Source of the DNA: Caldivirga maquilingensis IC-167 | GTDB taxonomy: Archaea > Thermoproteota > Thermoprotei > Thermoproteales > Thermocladiaceae | Assembly: GCF_000018305.1 (NCBI RefSeq) | Contig: NC_009954.1 | Span: 1,380,001-1,412,000 of the forward strand | Reading direction: 5' to 3' | DNA: 32,000 nucleotides | Shown here: positions 8,878-17,913 of the stretch, one piece after another | How the letters are laid out: each line of letters starts with the position of its first letter | How positions within the stretch are numbered: position 1 is the stretch's first letter | Made by a program: the position numbers and the translations under genes | Notes under the pieces: generated by a model | What the model was told of the DNA's origin: nothing | The model's input: the letters and a program-made list of their open reading frames with translations, nothing else | Database searches by the model: none

Positions 8878-11244
8878 TCATCTTCTTCTTAATGCTATTA
8901 TTGCTGCTATTGCTGCTATTACGATTACTATGATTACTATTCCTGCTATTAGTGCTGTTGATATTACTGGTTTAGTCACGGTTACGGTTGATACTGCCGT
9001 AGTGGTTGCTGTTGATGTTACAGTGCTTACGGCAGTGGTTGTTACTGTGCTTGTAACAGTGCTAACAGCCGTAGTGGTTGTTGTAGCAGTAGTAGTGGTT
9101 GTGGCAGTAGTCGTTGAAGTAGTAGTCACCGGCGTAGTAGTAGTTGTGGTGGTTGAAGTAGTAGTAGTCGTGGTTGAAGTAGTGGTTGATACTGGAGTAT
9201 ACGGTATATGGAAGTATGAGGCTATGGCTTCTAGGTTCACTGTGCTTGGGCTCCATCCTAAGAATGCAGCTAACTGCGGGTCAATTCTCCATAGTGAGCC
9301 ATTGACGGCAGCCTGCGCTAACGGTGGTACTACACCTGGTGGTGCTATTGCACCGAATCCAGCATTCCAAAGCATTATGGGTAGTGTTTCACCCCATGGT
9401 CCCTGTACAAAGGGTATCCATGAGAATAATGTTAAGCCTTTAACCCACCATTCAATATCAAAGTCAGCTGGATTATAGTTGAATTGCTGGTTCTGGGTTA
9501 AGCTTGGTATCACTGGCATGTAGTATTCATACCATGCGAATAATACCTTCAGAAGCTCATCATACTGAGACATCCCTGGTGCAGTGGCCGCAAATGCTAC
9601 GCCCCAGTTGGTTAAGTTAATGTAGCCGAATGTTGAATTAACACACCATACTATCGTACTATTAGGTGGAGTAAAGCCTGGTATGCTAGGTGCTGTTACT
9701 GGTGTGCATGTTCCATTAGGCCACTGGAATGGCCAAGCCTTGGAGAGATTGAATGCTGGGAAAGTCCACCATGGCGATGCTAGGAAACCGAAGTCACCGT
9801 AACCCCTTGACCACGTCATCCATGTTATAGCCATTTCATACTCACCATTAGGGAATATTGTACTCCAGTATGTTGAAGTATCCAAGGCTAATAATGTTGT
9901 AGGTATACCGAACTGGCTTATTGAGACAGCGGCAGCTGATGAGAATGTAGCCCAGTCAGTGAAACCTGATGGCACTATTAAAGTTAACTTAAATGGGGTC
10001 CCATTAGGCAGATACCATTGACCATTCTTATAGGTTAAACCGGCTGATTCCAGTAATTGAGCAGCCTTAGTCCAATTTGTTGTACAATGCACAGTTACAA
10101 TACTCCACACGCTTGATGGGTATGATTGTATTGATGGCTGGAAGTTGGCTACAGGGACTGGGTATGGGTCAGGTGCATATAATCCACCCCAGGCCAATGA
10201 TTCAGCCGTTCTATTAATAATGTAGCAGAATGCTTGCCTAACCTGAGGAATATTGAATGGGTAAATGTTTGGATTAAGCGTGAAACCGTTCGTCGCATAA
10301 TTCGGCCCATTATATTCACCAAAGCCACTGGCATTGAGCGTAGCCTCCTGCTGTAGTGATAATCCAATGAACCCTAAATTAGCCTTACGAGCCAGGAAGG
10401 CAGTCATTGCTTGAGTATTACCACCAACCCACCATCTAACGTACTTCGGGTAGATGCTCCAATCATTGAATGGGAATATTTTAACCCATGATGCTAGTAA
10501 TGGAACACCATTAAAGTACATTGGTTCAAGTAACAGTGTCTGGTAGGTTGCGCTCAATGTTGATAATTCAACATAATATGGACTTAAGCCCCAGTATGGT
10601 GCAGCAAACTTAGTAACATTATTACCGTATGCTGATGCTTGAGTAACATTCATTGTTTGAAGCTTCTCAACAATAGGCTTCCATACTGCGTATGGTGTAT
10701 CAATCGTAGTTGTTAATATATAGTATATTTGCTGCGGGCTCCAGGTTTGGAATAGGAATTGTATCGTGTAATTATTCAATACTCTAATGTCTTCATCGGC
10801 GTATTGTGGTTGCATGAATGGATAATACCAGCTGAATGCCTTAACACCAATATAGAACTCCGCATAAACATCCCATGCGGTGAAGGGTATTGTGGCTGAA
10901 CCATTAAACCAGTATAAGCCAGGCCTAAGGTAGATTGTGAATATACCTGATCCATTAGGAAGAACTTGAGCAGTCCAATTCTCAGCCAAAACAGGATAGA
11001 ATTTAGCTGTAATTGGATTGTATAATGCAAGTGGCATGTATGTTCCCACAGTACCTATGAAGTTGTTGGGTGCGTATGGATTCCAGATAGGTTGACCAGG
11101 AGTGTAAATGGTTGTACCTGGAATAGCCTCAATTATTGTCACTGTATTTGAAGCCGCATAGGCTATGTGACCCCCAAGGATTACTGTGATTAAGGCGGCT
11201 ACTGCTATTGAGACTAGTACGTAAGGAATTATTGACCTACTCAT
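8878..11244 (-). CDS. ABC transporter substrate-binding protein, family 5 (Opp/Dpp type): N-terminal signal, C-terminal poly-Thr linker and TM anchor
   Basis: SBP_bac_5-like core (FTIYLRPGLYWFNGSATIPFTAWDVYAEFY) with many N-x-S/T sequons. The N-terminal hydrophobic signal is IIPYVLVSIAVAALITVILGG..AYA. The C-terminus has a 74-aa Thr/Ser/Val tract, then ISTALIAGIVIIVIVIAAIAAIIALRRR. The track start at 11247 is TTG; ATG 11244 is more likely. Confidence 0.88.
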   Translation of the reverse strand: MSRSIIPYVLVSIAVAALITVILGGHIAYAASNTVTIIEAIPGTTIYTPGQPIWNPYAPNNFIGTVGTYMPLALYNPITAKFYPVLAENWTAQVLPNGSGIFTIYLRPGLYWFNGSATIPFTAWDVYAEFYIGVKAFSWYYPFMQPQYADEDIRVLNNYTIQFLFQTWSPQQIYYILTTTIDTPYAVWKPIVEKLQTMNVTQASAYGNNVTKFAAPYWGLSPYYVELSTLSATYQTLLLEPMYFNGVPLLASWVKIFPFNDWSIYPKYVRWWVGGNTQAMTAFLARKANLGFIGLSLQQEATLNASGFGEYNGPNYATNGFTLNPNIYPFNIPQVRQAFCYIINRTAESLAWGGLYAPDPYPVPVANFQPSIQSYPSSVWSIVTVHCTTNWTKAAQLLESAGLTYKNGQWYLPNGTPFKLTLIVPSGFTDWATFSSAAAVSISQFGIPTTLLALDTSTYWSTIFPNGEYEMAITWMTWSRGYGDFGFLASPWWTFPAFNLSKAWPFQWPNGTCTPVTAPSIPGFTPPNSTIVWCVNSTFGYINLTNWGVAFAATAPGMSQYDELLKVLFAWYEYYMPVIPSLTQNQQFNYNPADFDIEWWVKGLTLFSWIPFVQGPWGETLPIMLWNAGFGAIAPPGVVPPLAQAAVNGSLWRIDPQLAAFLGWSPSTVNLEAIASYFHIPYTPVSTTTSTTTTTTSTTTTTTTPVTTTSTTTATTTTTATTTTTAVSTVTSTVTTTAVSTVTSTATTTAVSTVTVTKPVISTALIAGIVIIVIVIAAIAAIIALRRR
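8971..9192 (-). repeat. coding low-complexity Thr-rich linker with 3 copies of a 12-aa unit TTTAVSTVTST(V/A)
   Basis: Read directly from the translation. The DNA copies differ at synonymous positions. The antisense strand produces the artefactual poly-Val ORF 8867..9478. Confidence 0.85.
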
Positions 11245-11341
11245 CAAGTGGGTAAAAATATAAAGTATTTAAGTTTTATTCCAATATCTGAAACTATTGA
11301 GTAATATGGTTCTTCACATTAGAATGTAATTAATAAATAAA

Positions 11342-11629
11342 TTAAGTATCCATTAGGTGAGACTTCATTAATGCCTCCAAGTTATTAATTAATTCCTCAG
11401 CAATATGCATTGGTGGTATTGTTGCTCTCAAGCAGTCCTCACACATTACTTTACCGCTTAGGTTCCTTAGTATGAAGCCCCTCTTAAACAACCCCTCATA
11501 CACTTCATTCGGCTTAAACACGTGGAATGTTATGAAGTTGGTCACTGAACCTAATGGTCTTAAGCCCAATTCACTAAACCTCCCATACAAATACTCCCTA
11601 ACCTTAATCGTACTTAGTACGATAATCAA
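11342..11629 (-). pseudogene. C-terminal fragment of a class I/II (HisC-like) aminotransferase
   Basis: Only about 95 aa. LGLRPLGSVTNFITFHV...EGLFKRGFILRNLSG....CLRATIPP matches the C-terminal small domain of histidinol-phosphate aminotransferases (S.aNF..., GI.vR, lRiTig). There is no PLP-lysine domain upstream and no ATG (TTG only). Confidence 0.6.
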
Positions 11630-11797
11630 GGTGTTATTAAATTCATGTTAGTGAAAGTTGAGTGGTTGTTCAGCACGGTTAGTGTCTTCACCTATCAATG
11701 GAAAGACCCGTAGCTCATCACTCCCTACGGTTAATTGCTTTAAGGGTTTAAATTAATAGCGTTAATTCAGTTAATTAATGAAGTGTCTGTATGATTT

Positions 11798-13438
11798 TTA
11801 ACCAACTACTTTTGCCTGGTTAATCTCCTGGATTAGCTTCATTGGTGTGAATCTCTGCTCAATGCCCTGGTTCTTAAGGTTGGCTATTATTTCATCTAAT
11901 CTATCCTCTATTTCATTAACCCTCTTCTCAATGTAGTTTATGAAGTAGTTTATCCCAATCTTAACTGGGAACAGTAATGGTCCCTTCAGGTAGAATTTAT
12001 TCACAATATCCCTTGACCAGTAGACTGAGTGCCTAAAAATAACCCTGAGGAGTTCAATATGCTCTGGGAGTAGGTTATACCTATATAGCCATCCCTCCTT
12101 ATCAGTTCTAACGTGATTCATTGGTACGTAGAATAGTGGTACGACTAGGCTCCTGTATGGTTTAATTCTCTCAATGAGTTCAATTGTCTCATTAACGTCA
12201 TCAGCAGTCTCCCCGGGTAAACCAACTATAATGGTTAAGGCTGGTATTAGCTTAATCTCATGCATTATTGACAACGCCTCAGTGACCACGTCCCACCAAT
12301 TCTCAATCTTATATGGTGCAGCCTTACCAGGCATTATTAACTTAGCTAATCTACGTGACCCGGTCTCCAAGCCAACCTGCGCACCCCACCATTCCTGGTT
12401 CTCATCCTCAATAATCTCAGCTAGCTTACTCATTAGCTTACCCTGCATTTTCTCACCGTAAAGCACCGCGGCGAGGGTTGTGTGGCTCCAGGCAAGGGTC
12501 TTATAGTACCTTTTAGCAAGTTTATGTAACTCAATCAGTTTCTCAGGCTTAGGTATTATTGTTGGTGAACCGTATAGTGGAACATCCTCGGAGTGAATTA
12601 ACCCATTAACCACACCATTCCTCACATTAACCTTAAGCTCCTCCTCAATCTTACTTAAGGGGTACCAGCGTAGTGCCCTTAATGTGACTGAACAGAAGGC
12701 GCAACTCCTAGGGCAACCGCGCCCAATCTCCACAAGCCCATTAACGGACGCACCCTTAATCGTCTTAATCTCATCAATGCTTGGTGAATCCCTCCTACCC
12801 AAGTAAACGTACCTGGGGAGTGGATCCCCATTAAACACCCTCTTAGCTAAATCAACAACGGCAACATCACCCTCACCATCAAATACCAGGTCAATCCCAT
12901 AGTAGTTCATGATTTCAGGGAAGTAGAGCCACTGCCAAGCTGAGGGGCCGCCTACGAAGACCTTAAGTCCATTAGTCTTCTTAGCGTCATCAATGTAGGG
13001 CTTAAGGTTATTCATCGTCTTCCTGAAGAGGTAAGCATTCAACGGTTCCTTACCCACTATAACGGCCCATGTGGATGATGGTGGGTTAAGGCCGAAGTAA
13101 TCATGGTGACTGAGCATAAGTATCTTAGCCCCATTCTTAATGTACTTAGCCACGTAATCAGGATCAATAACAGCAGCCTTAAAGCCGGCTTCAATTAATG
13201 CAGCCTCAATCTTCCTTAAACCGTAGGGGGCCTCCCTAGGCCTACCAAGTCTATCAACCTTAGGCTTAGGTGCAGCTAACCAAACGTGGAACCACTCGGA
13301 GAGTCTATGGAATGGGCCTAGGGAGACGAAGATTGGGCCTGTAGATAGGAAGCCTAGGAATTCCTTACCATGGTGATTAGTCATCATTGATCTATCCGTT
13401 GTTAGCACTATATCAAGTGATTCACTTTCCTTAACCAT
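11798..13438 (-). CDS. radical SAM enzyme with N-terminal Rossmann/B12-binding-like domain
   Basis: CxxxCxxC cluster motif in EIGRGCPRSCAFCSV. The N-terminal ~200 aa follow an alternating beta/alpha pattern (ILMLSHHDYFG, LKVFVGGPSA) as in class B radical SAM enzymes. 546 aa. The subfamily cannot be assigned by eye. Confidence 0.8.
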   Translation of the reverse strand: MVKESESLDIVLTTDRSMMTNHHGKEFLGFLSTGPIFVSLGPFHRLSEWFHVWLAAPKPKVDRLGRPREAPYGLRKIEAALIEAGFKAAVIDPDYVAKYIKNGAKILMLSHHDYFGLNPPSSTWAVIVGKEPLNAYLFRKTMNNLKPYIDDAKKTNGLKVFVGGPSAWQWLYFPEIMNYYGIDLVFDGEGDVAVVDLAKRVFNGDPLPRYVYLGRRDSPSIDEIKTIKGASVNGLVEIGRGCPRSCAFCSVTLRALRWYPLSKIEEELKVNVRNGVVNGLIHSEDVPLYGSPTIIPKPEKLIELHKLAKRYYKTLAWSHTTLAAVLYGEKMQGKLMSKLAEIIEDENQEWWGAQVGLETGSRRLAKLIMPGKAAPYKIENWWDVVTEALSIMHEIKLIPALTIIVGLPGETADDVNETIELIERIKPYRSLVVPLFYVPMNHVRTDKEGWLYRYNLLPEHIELLRVIFRHSVYWSRDIVNKFYLKGPLLFPVKIGINYFINYIEKRVNEIEDRLDEIIANLKNQGIEQRFTPMKLIQEINQAKVVG

Positions 13439-13558
13439 TATAAGGCCTACTGTGCTTTAATTTAAATATTTTATACCATTAAACACTCCCACTTTACCAG
13501 CTGAGGCTCCCTTAATAACTAAGTAGTTGACGCTGGTTCCGTGGATTAACGAAGTAGT

Positions 13559-13569
13559 GGTTAAATAGG
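13559..13569 (+). promoter_or_regulatory. TATA-like box (GGTTAAATAGG) for elp3
   Basis: Centred about 24 nt upstream of the TTG at 13588. This suggests a leaderless mRNA that starts at or near the TTG rather than at ATG 13618. Confidence 0.35.
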
Positions 13570-13587
13570 GGTCCTCGTTAACGTATC

Positions 13588-15135
13588 TTGAGTGGTGGGG
13601 GAGTGGTTGGTAAGGGTATGGTTGCTAAGGGGAGGTTCTTCAGTGGGGTTAAGAAGCCTGTGAGGGTTATTTCAGGGGTAACCCCATTAGCCGTAATGAC
13701 GGCTCCATTACCCTGCCCAGGTAAATGCATCTACTGCCCCGGCGGCCCTCAGATGAATACGCCGAAGAGTTACCTACCTGATTCACCAGTACCCATGAGG
13801 GCGGCTAGGGTTAATTACGACCCTTACATGCAGGTTGCCTCAAGGATTACCCAGTATAGGGCTATGGGTCACCCTGTTAGTAAGGTTGAGGTTATTGTAA
13901 TGGGTGGAACCTTCACTGCACTGCCACTCAATTACCAGTACTGGTTCATTTTAAACATCTACAGGGCGTTGAACGACTACCCAGTTTGGAGGGGTTCCTC
14001 TCCCTTAGGTGACCTGGAGCTTGAGGAGAGTAGGAATGAGGATGCCTCAGCTAGGGTTGTTGCATTAACCATAGAGACTAGGCCTGACTTCGCCCTTGAG
14101 AAGCAGGTTAACTGGATGATTAGCTTCGGCGCAACTAGGGTTGAATTGGGTGTTCAGTCTATTTACGATGACGTGTTGAGTAGGGTTAAGAGGGGTCATG
14201 GCGTCGCGGAGGTTGTTAAATCCACTAGGGTGTTGAAGGACTCAGCCTACAAGGTGTGTTACCACGTTATGCCTGGCCTACCGGGCTCTGACCCTGATAG
14301 GGACTTAGCCATGATTGATGAATTATTCAGTAACCCTGACTTTAAGCCTGATTGCGTAAAAATCTACCCAACACTGGTTATACCTGGCACTGAGCTTTAT
14401 GAAATGTGGCGTAGGGGTGAGTACTCAAGCTACAGTGAGGATACTTGGTTAACCCTACTGGCTAAGGTAATGGCTAAGGTACCTAGGTGGGTTAGGGTCA
14501 TGAGGTTTGGTAGGGATATACCACTGCATTGGGTTGTTGATGGACCAAGGATAGGTAACCTGAGGGAGGAGGTTTGGGCTAGGATGAGGCAAATGGGTCT
14601 TAAATGCCTTGAGATAAGGTGCCGTGAAGTCGGGCATAGGATACTTGAGAATGGTGAGTTACCCAAAGCCACGACACTTAGGATCAATAGGATTAACTAC
14701 GAGGCCTCAGGGGGTGATGAAGTTTACCTAGAGGTCATTGATGACGAGGACACTTTATACGGGATATTGAGACTAAGAATACCCAGTAATCCCCATAGGC
14801 CTGAATTAAGGGGAAGGACTGCATTAGTCAGGGAGCTTCACGTATATGGGCCGCAGGTCATGGTTGGTAGCAGGCCGGTTAATCAACTTTGGTGGCAGCA
14901 TAGGGGTATTGGGAGGGCCTTAATGGCTAAGGCTGAGGAGGTGGCTGAGGAGTACGGTGCATTAAGGATAGCCGTAATATCAGGTGTGGGTGTGAGGGAG
15001 TATTATAGGAGGCTTGGATACAGGAAATACCCAGGTTCAATATACATGATTAAGGACTTAAGGAAAGGAATGAGGATTGAATATAACTTAAATAGTGACG
15101 TAGTAATGCCGAGTGAATACTTAGTAATGGATTAA
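13588..15135 (+). CDS. elp3: Elp3-family radical SAM/GNAT tRNA U34 modification enzyme
   Basis: PCPGKCIYCPGG cluster motif, VEVIVMGGTFTAL, IETRPD, and RVELGVQS. The C-terminal GNAT motif is QHRGIGRALMAKAEEVA. The alternative start is ATG 13618. Confidence 0.92.
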   Translation: MSGGGVVGKGMVAKGRFFSGVKKPVRVISGVTPLAVMTAPLPCPGKCIYCPGGPQMNTPKSYLPDSPVPMRAARVNYDPYMQVASRITQYRAMGHPVSKVEVIVMGGTFTALPLNYQYWFILNIYRALNDYPVWRGSSPLGDLELEESRNEDASARVVALTIETRPDFALEKQVNWMISFGATRVELGVQSIYDDVLSRVKRGHGVAEVVKSTRVLKDSAYKVCYHVMPGLPGSDPDRDLAMIDELFSNPDFKPDCVKIYPTLVIPGTELYEMWRRGEYSSYSEDTWLTLLAKVMAKVPRWVRVMRFGRDIPLHWVVDGPRIGNLREEVWARMRQMGLKCLEIRCREVGHRILENGELPKATTLRINRINYEASGGDEVYLEVIDDEDTLYGILRLRIPSNPHRPELRGRTALVRELHVYGPQVMVGSRPVNQLWWQHRGIGRALMAKAEEVAEEYGALRIAVISGVGVREYYRRLGYRKYPGSIYMIKDLRKGMRIEYNLNSDVVMPSEYLVMD

Positions 15136-15204
15136 GCAATACCCTGAGGCAATGCATGCATAGGGAAAATACTTATATCTTAATCTATAAGCCAGTGACC
15201 GTGA

Positions 15205-15771
15205 ATGTTCATTGAAACGCACCTAGTAACCAGTGATGAACATGTTTTACGCAGCCTACTGAGGCTTAACTACATTGCAGTGGTTTCATTAGCTAGAATT
15301 AAGGATGCGGGGGATGATTTACTAATCCTCAGGAAGATTCGTGGCCTAAGGCGAAGAATACCATTCACCGTAACCTTCATTGAGGGTAATAATAGGTACA
15401 TGTTGAATAAGTACATCACTAATGATAACATTGATGTAATCACAATACTACCTGGACCAGAGTACCCGAGTAGGAGGCAATTATCCATTATTGAGGATGA
15501 AGGCAAGTACATTGAGTTAGTTGCATTACCATTCGTAAGGAGAGGCTTAATTGGGGATTTAAGTAAGGTGGCATTAGATATAATGGATTACTCAACTAAG
15601 GCAGTGTTAACAATTGGTGTTGAGTCGATTAATGATGTTAAGAACCCTATTGATTTAGTTAACTTAATGACTCTATTAACAGGGGATAAGGGCTACTGGA
15701 TTAAGGCCATTAAAGATAACCCAATAAGCCTAATAGTTGATTCAATTTATAAAAGCGGTGTATGCATTTAA
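15205..15771 (+). CDS. rnp3: RNase P protein component 3 (Rpp30 homolog)
   Basis: The pattern matches archaeal Rpp30 TIM-barrel proteins: N-terminal FIE.H, IDVITILPG, IELVALPF, and VLTIGVESINDVKNPIDLVNLMTLL (compare the SSA....R.PRDL..LG pattern). The match is by eye only. Confidence 0.55.
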   Translation: MFIETHLVTSDEHVLRSLLRLNYIAVVSLARIKDAGDDLLILRKIRGLRRRIPFTVTFIEGNNRYMLNKYITNDNIDVITILPGPEYPSRRQLSIIEDEGKYIELVALPFVRRGLIGDLSKVALDIMDYSTKAVLTIGVESINDVKNPIDLVNLMTLLTGDKGYWIKAIKDNPISLIVDSIYKSGVCI

Positions 15772-15864
15772 GGATTATTAAAAGGCTAAATCAACGCCAC
15801 TTAACCATGAGTCCCTTAATGAGGGAAAAAACTAATTAAGGTTAACTGAGTACAGTGGTGAAGA

Positions 15865-15940
15865 GGCCCCGGTAGTGTAGCCTGGTATAACACGCGGGCC
15901 TGTGGAGCCCGTAACCCGGGTTCAAATCCCGGCCGGGGCC
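15865..15940 (+). tRNA. tRNA-His (anticodon GTG)
   Basis: Full cloverleaf. Encoded G-1 is at 15865. The acceptor stem is GCCCCGG/CCGGGGC, the D stem GTGT/ACAC, and the anticodon stem CGGGC/GCCCG. The anticodon loop is CTGTGGA with GTG at 15902-15904. The T arm is CCGGG-TTCAAAT-CCCGG and the discriminator is C73. There is no intron and no encoded CCA. Confidence 0.93.
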
Positions 15941-16178
15941 ACCAGGTGAAGAATCCTTACCTTCACTAAATCATTACATTAAAATACAATTAAGGTGCTA
16001 ATTACCCACCATGGGCTTAAGGAATGCGTTAAGTAAGGTAAATGAAGAACACGTAGGCTATGGAATTAGTATCAGGGGTGAATAGTAGGGTATTAGCTTC
16101 TCTCATAATTATTTTCAACGTCCTTATCATGCGTTTCCACACTCATTGATGGTAATTAATCCACCTAGTTACTGAACC

Positions 16179-16592
16179 TCATGCGGTAGTATTCTTAGGG
16201 AACCAACCATGCTTAGTCCTTACCAGTCTCATCTCCTCAATATACTCGTTAACCCTACCTTTAACCACCTCAAATATTCTAGAATCCCCGCAAAGCACCT
16301 TACCATCAGTTACGGCGTCAAGTATTATCATTGAGTTCTTAAGTACATTATTAAGCCTACTTAGAGGCAGCCAAACCACCTGCCCAACATCCATTATCTC
16401 AACCCTGTATTCACCATCAGCAACAATGGCTAGCAGATCCCAGTCACTTAAAGGCGTATAATCACCCCTAGCCCTTGAACCAAATAATACTACGACAAGC
16501 GCCCTACTGCATAATTCATTCAAAGTCTCCTTAAACCTATTCTCCCTAATCCTAGAAACCTCACTGAGGGTTGTTAACCACCTGCTGAACAT
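16179..16592 (-). CDS. minimal nucleotidyltransferase (MNT) domain protein
   Basis: LFGSRARGDYTPLSDWDLLAIV is the GSxxRG...SDxD nucleotidyltransferase signature. I place the start at ATG 16592 (MFSRWLTT...), which overlaps the HEPN stop by 32 nt. The track's longer ORF to 16733 runs through the HEPN coding region. Confidence 0.82.
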   Translation of the reverse strand: MFSRWLTTLSEVSRIRENRFKETLNELCSRALVVVLFGSRARGDYTPLSDWDLLAIVADGEYRVEIMDVGQVVWLPLSRLNNVLKNSMIILDAVTDGKVLCGDSRIFEVVKGRVNEYIEEMRLVRTKHGWFPKNTTA

Positions 16593-16944
16593 AACTCCAC
16601 ACCACCTCCATACACTTAATGGCTTCTTCAGCCTCCCAGCTTTTATACTCATTAATCCTAGCATCAGGATACCTGGCCTGCACATAGTGCTGCTCAAGAA
16701 GCTCAGAACACCTAATGACGTCCTGTGGTGCATCTTTATTCAGAATCTTGGTAAGATACGTCAAGAGCTCTGACGTAGAGTGGGTTATGGGTCTTGAACC
16801 TGTTAATCTTATTAAAATACCCTTTAACAGTAGTTCAACGGACTGTTGAGCGAAGAAGGATGCAGAGTCAAATCTACCATTTATAAAATCCTCCCTAGCA
16901 TAATCCTTAAGTCTCCTAGCCTTATTAACCCACGCCTCAGCCAC
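16561..16944 (-). CDS. HEPN domain protein (toxin-type partner of the downstream nucleotidyltransferase)
   Basis: 127 aa and all-helical. SASFFAQQSVELLLKG, RPITHSTSELL, and HYVQARYPD are typical of HEPN proteins paired with minimal nucleotidyltransferases. Confidence 0.85.
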   Translation of the reverse strand: MAEAWVNKARRLKDYAREDFINGRFDSASFFAQQSVELLLKGILIRLTGSRPITHSTSELLTYLTKILNKDAPQDVIRCSELLEQHYVQARYPDARINEYKSWEAEEAIKCMEVVWSYVQQVVNNPQ

Positions 16945-17363
16945 TGATGAAAGAATTATGCCTTAAGTTATTAAACTTTATATGATGGAGAAGGCGATTA
17001 ACTAATCCGAAAGCTGGAGCCATTAATTAATGCTTATTAAATTACATACGGGGTCCTTTAAAGGAAATAAGAGTGACCATGGTTTAATCTTAAGTAGCAT
17101 TTTCCTTTAAACCTCACTAGAATAATGTTACTAAGGTCCGTGAACTAAAGCTAAGTAAGGAACCTCCTCATGAATTATGCTAGATTATCCCGGAGAATTG
17201 AGGAGGGCTGAACCTGAACTCCTCAAGTAGTATTGGGTGGTTAATATCTTTTAAGATTTCAAGATTTGAGGTTTATTATATTGCAGTGATTCACTAAATT
17301 CATTAAGTTAAGGTAGTTTAATGTGAAATAAGGATTAAATACAATGCTAATGAGCATTAATGA

Positions 17364-17720
17364 ATGAGTGAAGGTAAAGGTAGAATAATCTTCTTCACCA
17401 CAATACCTCCCTCGGAGGAGGATAGGATTCAGGCAATGTTAAGGATTGCGTTAATAGCATCATCACTGGGTTATGAAGTAATAATCTACCTCGCATTACA
17501 CTCAGTAATGATTGTTAAGAGGAGTGTGTTTGAAAAGTTAAGTGACAATATAAGGAGTATGATAACTGATGCGGTGAAGAGGAATGTTAAGATTATGGCG
17601 TGTAAAGTGGCAATGGAGGGTTTTAATGTTAAGGAGGGGGATCTTATAAGTGGTGTTATTACCGCTGAACCAAGGGATCTTTTTGAATACGCTAGGAACG
17701 CTATTACCGTATCTTGGTAA
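17364..17720 (+). CDS. DsrE/DsrF-like sulfur-relay family protein
   Basis: 118 aa with a Rossmann-like layout: IIFFTT....D, VIIYLALHSV, KIMACKVAMEG (conserved Cys), and a C-terminal VITVSW. The match is by eye only. Confidence 0.6.
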   Translation: MSEGKGRIIFFTTIPPSEEDRIQAMLRIALIASSLGYEVIIYLALHSVMIVKRSVFEKLSDNIRSMITDAVKRNVKIMACKVAMEGFNVKEGDLISGVITAEPRDLFEYARNAITVSW

Positions 17721-17913
17721 TTAAAGTGATTCACATAGTGCATTAATTTACATGATTACTAGATTAAACCATAGTTAATGATGCTTATGTGCCTTTAAGG
17801 TAAACGTTCATGGACATTGATTTAAAGCTTAATGTGAATCATACTTCTTAATGATGCAACTAAGAATAGTATCTGACCCTATGAATAAAACTTAAATATA
17901 GTATGGTTCTGCA

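Noticed and set aside
8867-9478. 203-aa + strand ORF rich in poly-Val/Ala (and the nested 9062..9256 minus-strand ORF)
   Set aside because: It is the antisense reading of the ACN-rich Thr linker of the binding protein at 8878..11244. The same artefact explains 22515..22715 (minus strand) opposite the second binding protein.
16593-16733. N-terminal extension of the nucleotidyltransferase ORF (track start 16733)
   Set aside because: The extension runs through the HEPN coding region in another frame and has no MNT homology. The ATG at 16592, just before the NTase core, is the sensible start.
17054-17065. 12-bp perfect palindrome TCCTTTAAAGGA, and the 8-bp inverted repeat CCTCCTCA/TGAGGAGG (17163-17206)
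   Set aside because: Several 12-bp palindromes are expected by chance in this window. The sequence is TATA-like and AT-rich. The 8-bp arms are separated by 28 nt and have no supporting context.
17286-17734. 10-bp direct repeat AGTGATTCAC flanking the dsrE-like gene (17286-17295 and 17725-17734), with loosely similar following bases
   Set aside because: Hundreds of identical 10-mer pairs are expected by chance in 32 kb. The similarity decays immediately, and a second shared 10-mer (TTAATGTGAA) is not collinear. This is insufficient for a cassette or target-site-duplication claim.
17776-17877. Two copies of TAATGATGC (17776 and 17849) with a CTGA at 17874
   Set aside because: The boxes end in C rather than A. 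The C-to-D distance is about 90 nt, no D' lies between them, and the second spacer is 15 nt. The layout is not compatible with archaeal C/D geometry. The region is more likely just the AT-rich promoter of the permease operon.
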